From the NCBI GenBank assembly GCA_964057225.1, contig OZ059895.1:9176001-9240000 (forward strand): DNA of 64,000 nt, in the 5' to 3' direction. This stretch comes from Auanema rhodensis. Lineage: Eukaryota; Animalia; Nematoda. Below the pieces are notes generated by a model. The model was not told the origin of the DNA and ran no database searches. It saw only the letters and a list, made by a program, of their open reading frames with translations. Positions 61,642-64,000 of the stretch are shown here, piece by piece. Positions within the stretch are counted from its first letter, which is position 1; every line of letters begins with the position of its first letter. A program made the position numbers and the translations under genes.

Positions 61642-62888
61642 CTTTTATAGTTTTTGTTATATTATGTCATCTTTTTTCTATTCATTAATCTTTAATATCA
61701 TTATTCATTAAACTTTTAAATCAAAGTTCAAACAATAAGCAAATAGTTAAACATAAGAACAACAAACGTTTAGGCGTTCATTGAAGGCATAAAGAGAAAA
61801 AACTATTAACATCCCTTTTGAGCTTAATTTCCCCGTTTCTTCCGTTACCTCAGGCTCGAAAAACCACATAAAGAAAACAAGGACAGCATGCTCAACGAAG
61901 AAAGAGAAAGAGAGAAATGAGAGAGGGAGTGTCTTGTTCTTTCCCATCTTCAACTGGTCTTTCTTCAGATCCAACTAGTCCTTGGTAATTGTGTTATTGT
62001 TTAGCCATTTGCTCCATTTAGGACAAAGGCTCGGATAACAATCAGACAGAACGAAAGGAAATTCCAAATATGGTAGCTCAAAACTACGAAGTCGAACGAA
62101 TCAAAAACTTGTAATCATTATTGACAAGCTTTTGCATGTAAAAAATATATATTATTAAGAATAAAATAAATGTTAGACTATATTTGATATATTTAATGAA
62201 GAATATGAATAATATATGTTGGTACTATAGAGAATAGAAAAGATTAAAACATCATATAAATAAATGAGAAACAACATATATGTCAGTATATGTAAATAAA
62301 TATGAAAATATAGTTGAACTTATTGAAAACACTCCAAATCTTAAATAATAAGAGAGGAAAGTGAATGAATGAGAAACATACATAGATCAGTCAGTTAGTG
62401 AGGATTTGCATGATAATGCAACAAGATCCTTTAATTAGTCCATCCGGTCAATAGTGCTACTAAATTAGGTTTTCTCCAACGCGCAGCTTATTTAGGACGG
62501 AAAATGCTAATAAAATTGGGAAATCGTGTAGATTTGTCTAAGTAAACACCTTGCTTACTTATACAATTATTAAACACATGAAGTTCTTTGACTAAAAGAG
62601 AAATATTACATTTTAAGGAGGCGTTGGCATAAAGGTGCCAGTCACTATTATTCCCAAGTGACAAACATGAAAAATCAAAACGTACTCAAAGAAGTAACTT
62701 GGATATTCTTTATCATATTCACATCTCCTAGTCGTATCGATGATCATGATGAAAGTCAAGCTATTCCAAGTCTCTAACCAATATAAACACACATATATTA
62801 TGCAAACTTTTTTAAAAAAGAAACAGAAACTATATAAATCTCTTTAAAAAAAAATCTTTTTTTAAAAATTATAATAAATAAAATAGTA

Positions 62889-62965
<77 letters not shown>
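62889..62965. repeat. (GA)n microsatellite with two AA interruptions
   Basis: About 77 bp of agagag... read directly. Confidence 0.95.
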
Positions 62966-64000
62966 TAAATCAAATAATTGCTGATAAATTCATATAGTAC
63001 AAATGAAATTATTCAAATTTATATGACGTTTTCACGTGGCATTTTCTCATTTTTTATCAACGCAATGAATGACTCGGTCAGGTATTTCTCCCAAGGCAAG
63101 CATATTGCTTTTATATTCAGAAAAAAAATTCCATACTAAAGCTATTTTCAGTAAGATCGCAGTCTATTCTTCTACTTTGTTTCATAAAATTCATAGCTGG
63201 TATTCTTATATTTTCTATATATTATTAAAATAAAAATAGTTGGTATATTTCTACAATGCGCTAATGTTTTTGGAAGAAAGAAGCACGCAAGTCAAATCTC
63301 TCAGCAGGTAAAAATGATTTGTGTAGAAATATATTTCCAGAATTTAGAAGCAAGGAAGTGGAATAGTAGGAGTTGGTGGCCCAGAAGAGATAAAAGGTGA
63401 ACCTGCTAGCCGGCTTAAAGAGGTAAATTTCAGATGTATACTTCGCCATGCATATATTTTTTGAAAGAATAAAGAAATAGATAAGCAAAATCAGATAATA
63501 CAAAAAGCTGAAGATACAAAAATGACTCCAAAGGAGGTAAAGTTTTGTGCAAAATAGTTTTACACATTAGGCTGTCAGGAACGTATTGCACAAGGTAAGG
63601 AAGTGCGAAAAAAGACGGATTATGCTACCTTTTTGGATGTCAGCAGTGATTGGGAAGACACTTCCAGGAGCACTAATGTAAGTGAAATTATCTGTTTTCT
63701 TATGTTTAGATTTAGAAAGACAAGTGTAAGACTCCCAAAGAAAATACTATGAAAGATCAAAATCAGAGAGGTAACGAACTCAATCTACCGGAGGGTCAAA
63801 AAAATGAAAAGGAATTGAAAAGTGAGAACATGAGTGAGAAGAAAGTCAACCTGGATAACGAAAGGAAAAGCGAAAAAGAAACAAAAGATGATGAAGAAAA
63901 GGAAGCTAGACAGAGGGAAGAGTCACCACCAGGGCAACTTGCTGCAAAACCAAGAGAAACAGGCGGTCAAGACGAAAATGTTAAAAAAAAAGAAAACGAA

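Noticed and set aside
63261-63503. GC-richer block and 80-aa ORF near the window end
   Set aside because: No consistent exon chain or recognisable protein; it may belong to a gene outside the window.

Overview
AT-rich eukaryotic genomic DNA from a rhabditid-type nematode (dense ~43-50 nt GT-AG introns, TTTCAG/TTTTAG acceptors, closely packed same-strand genes). I reconstructed 17 spliced protein-coding genes by hand: afadin (partial), a CUB/LDLa membrane protein, a GLH/Vasa helicase, an 84-aa secreted peptide precursor missed by the ORF track, DDX41/SACY-1, ferritin, a divergent kinesin-14, SNX27, ANKRD11/12-like, EMC8/9, NDK-1, CERT, a DUF273 protein, NSE1, an orphan gene, an NRK-like kinase-MoaE fusion and Frizzled MOM-5. 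An 18th gene, of lower confidence, encodes a probable GPI-anchored surface protein. The most striking observations are: (1) the GLH FG-repeat region is built from a 2-kb tandem array of 21 exon+intron cassettes (57-nt phase-1 exon + 43-nt intron); (2) the kinesin-14 has lost both switch I and switch II; (3) ndk-1 has an in-frame upstream signal-peptide extension; (4) the unrecognised secreted peptide ends in PYWPWP; (5) a nested long-range RNA-like pairing lies just upstream of glh. Gene names and synteny remarks rest on recalled motif and family knowledge, not on database searches.
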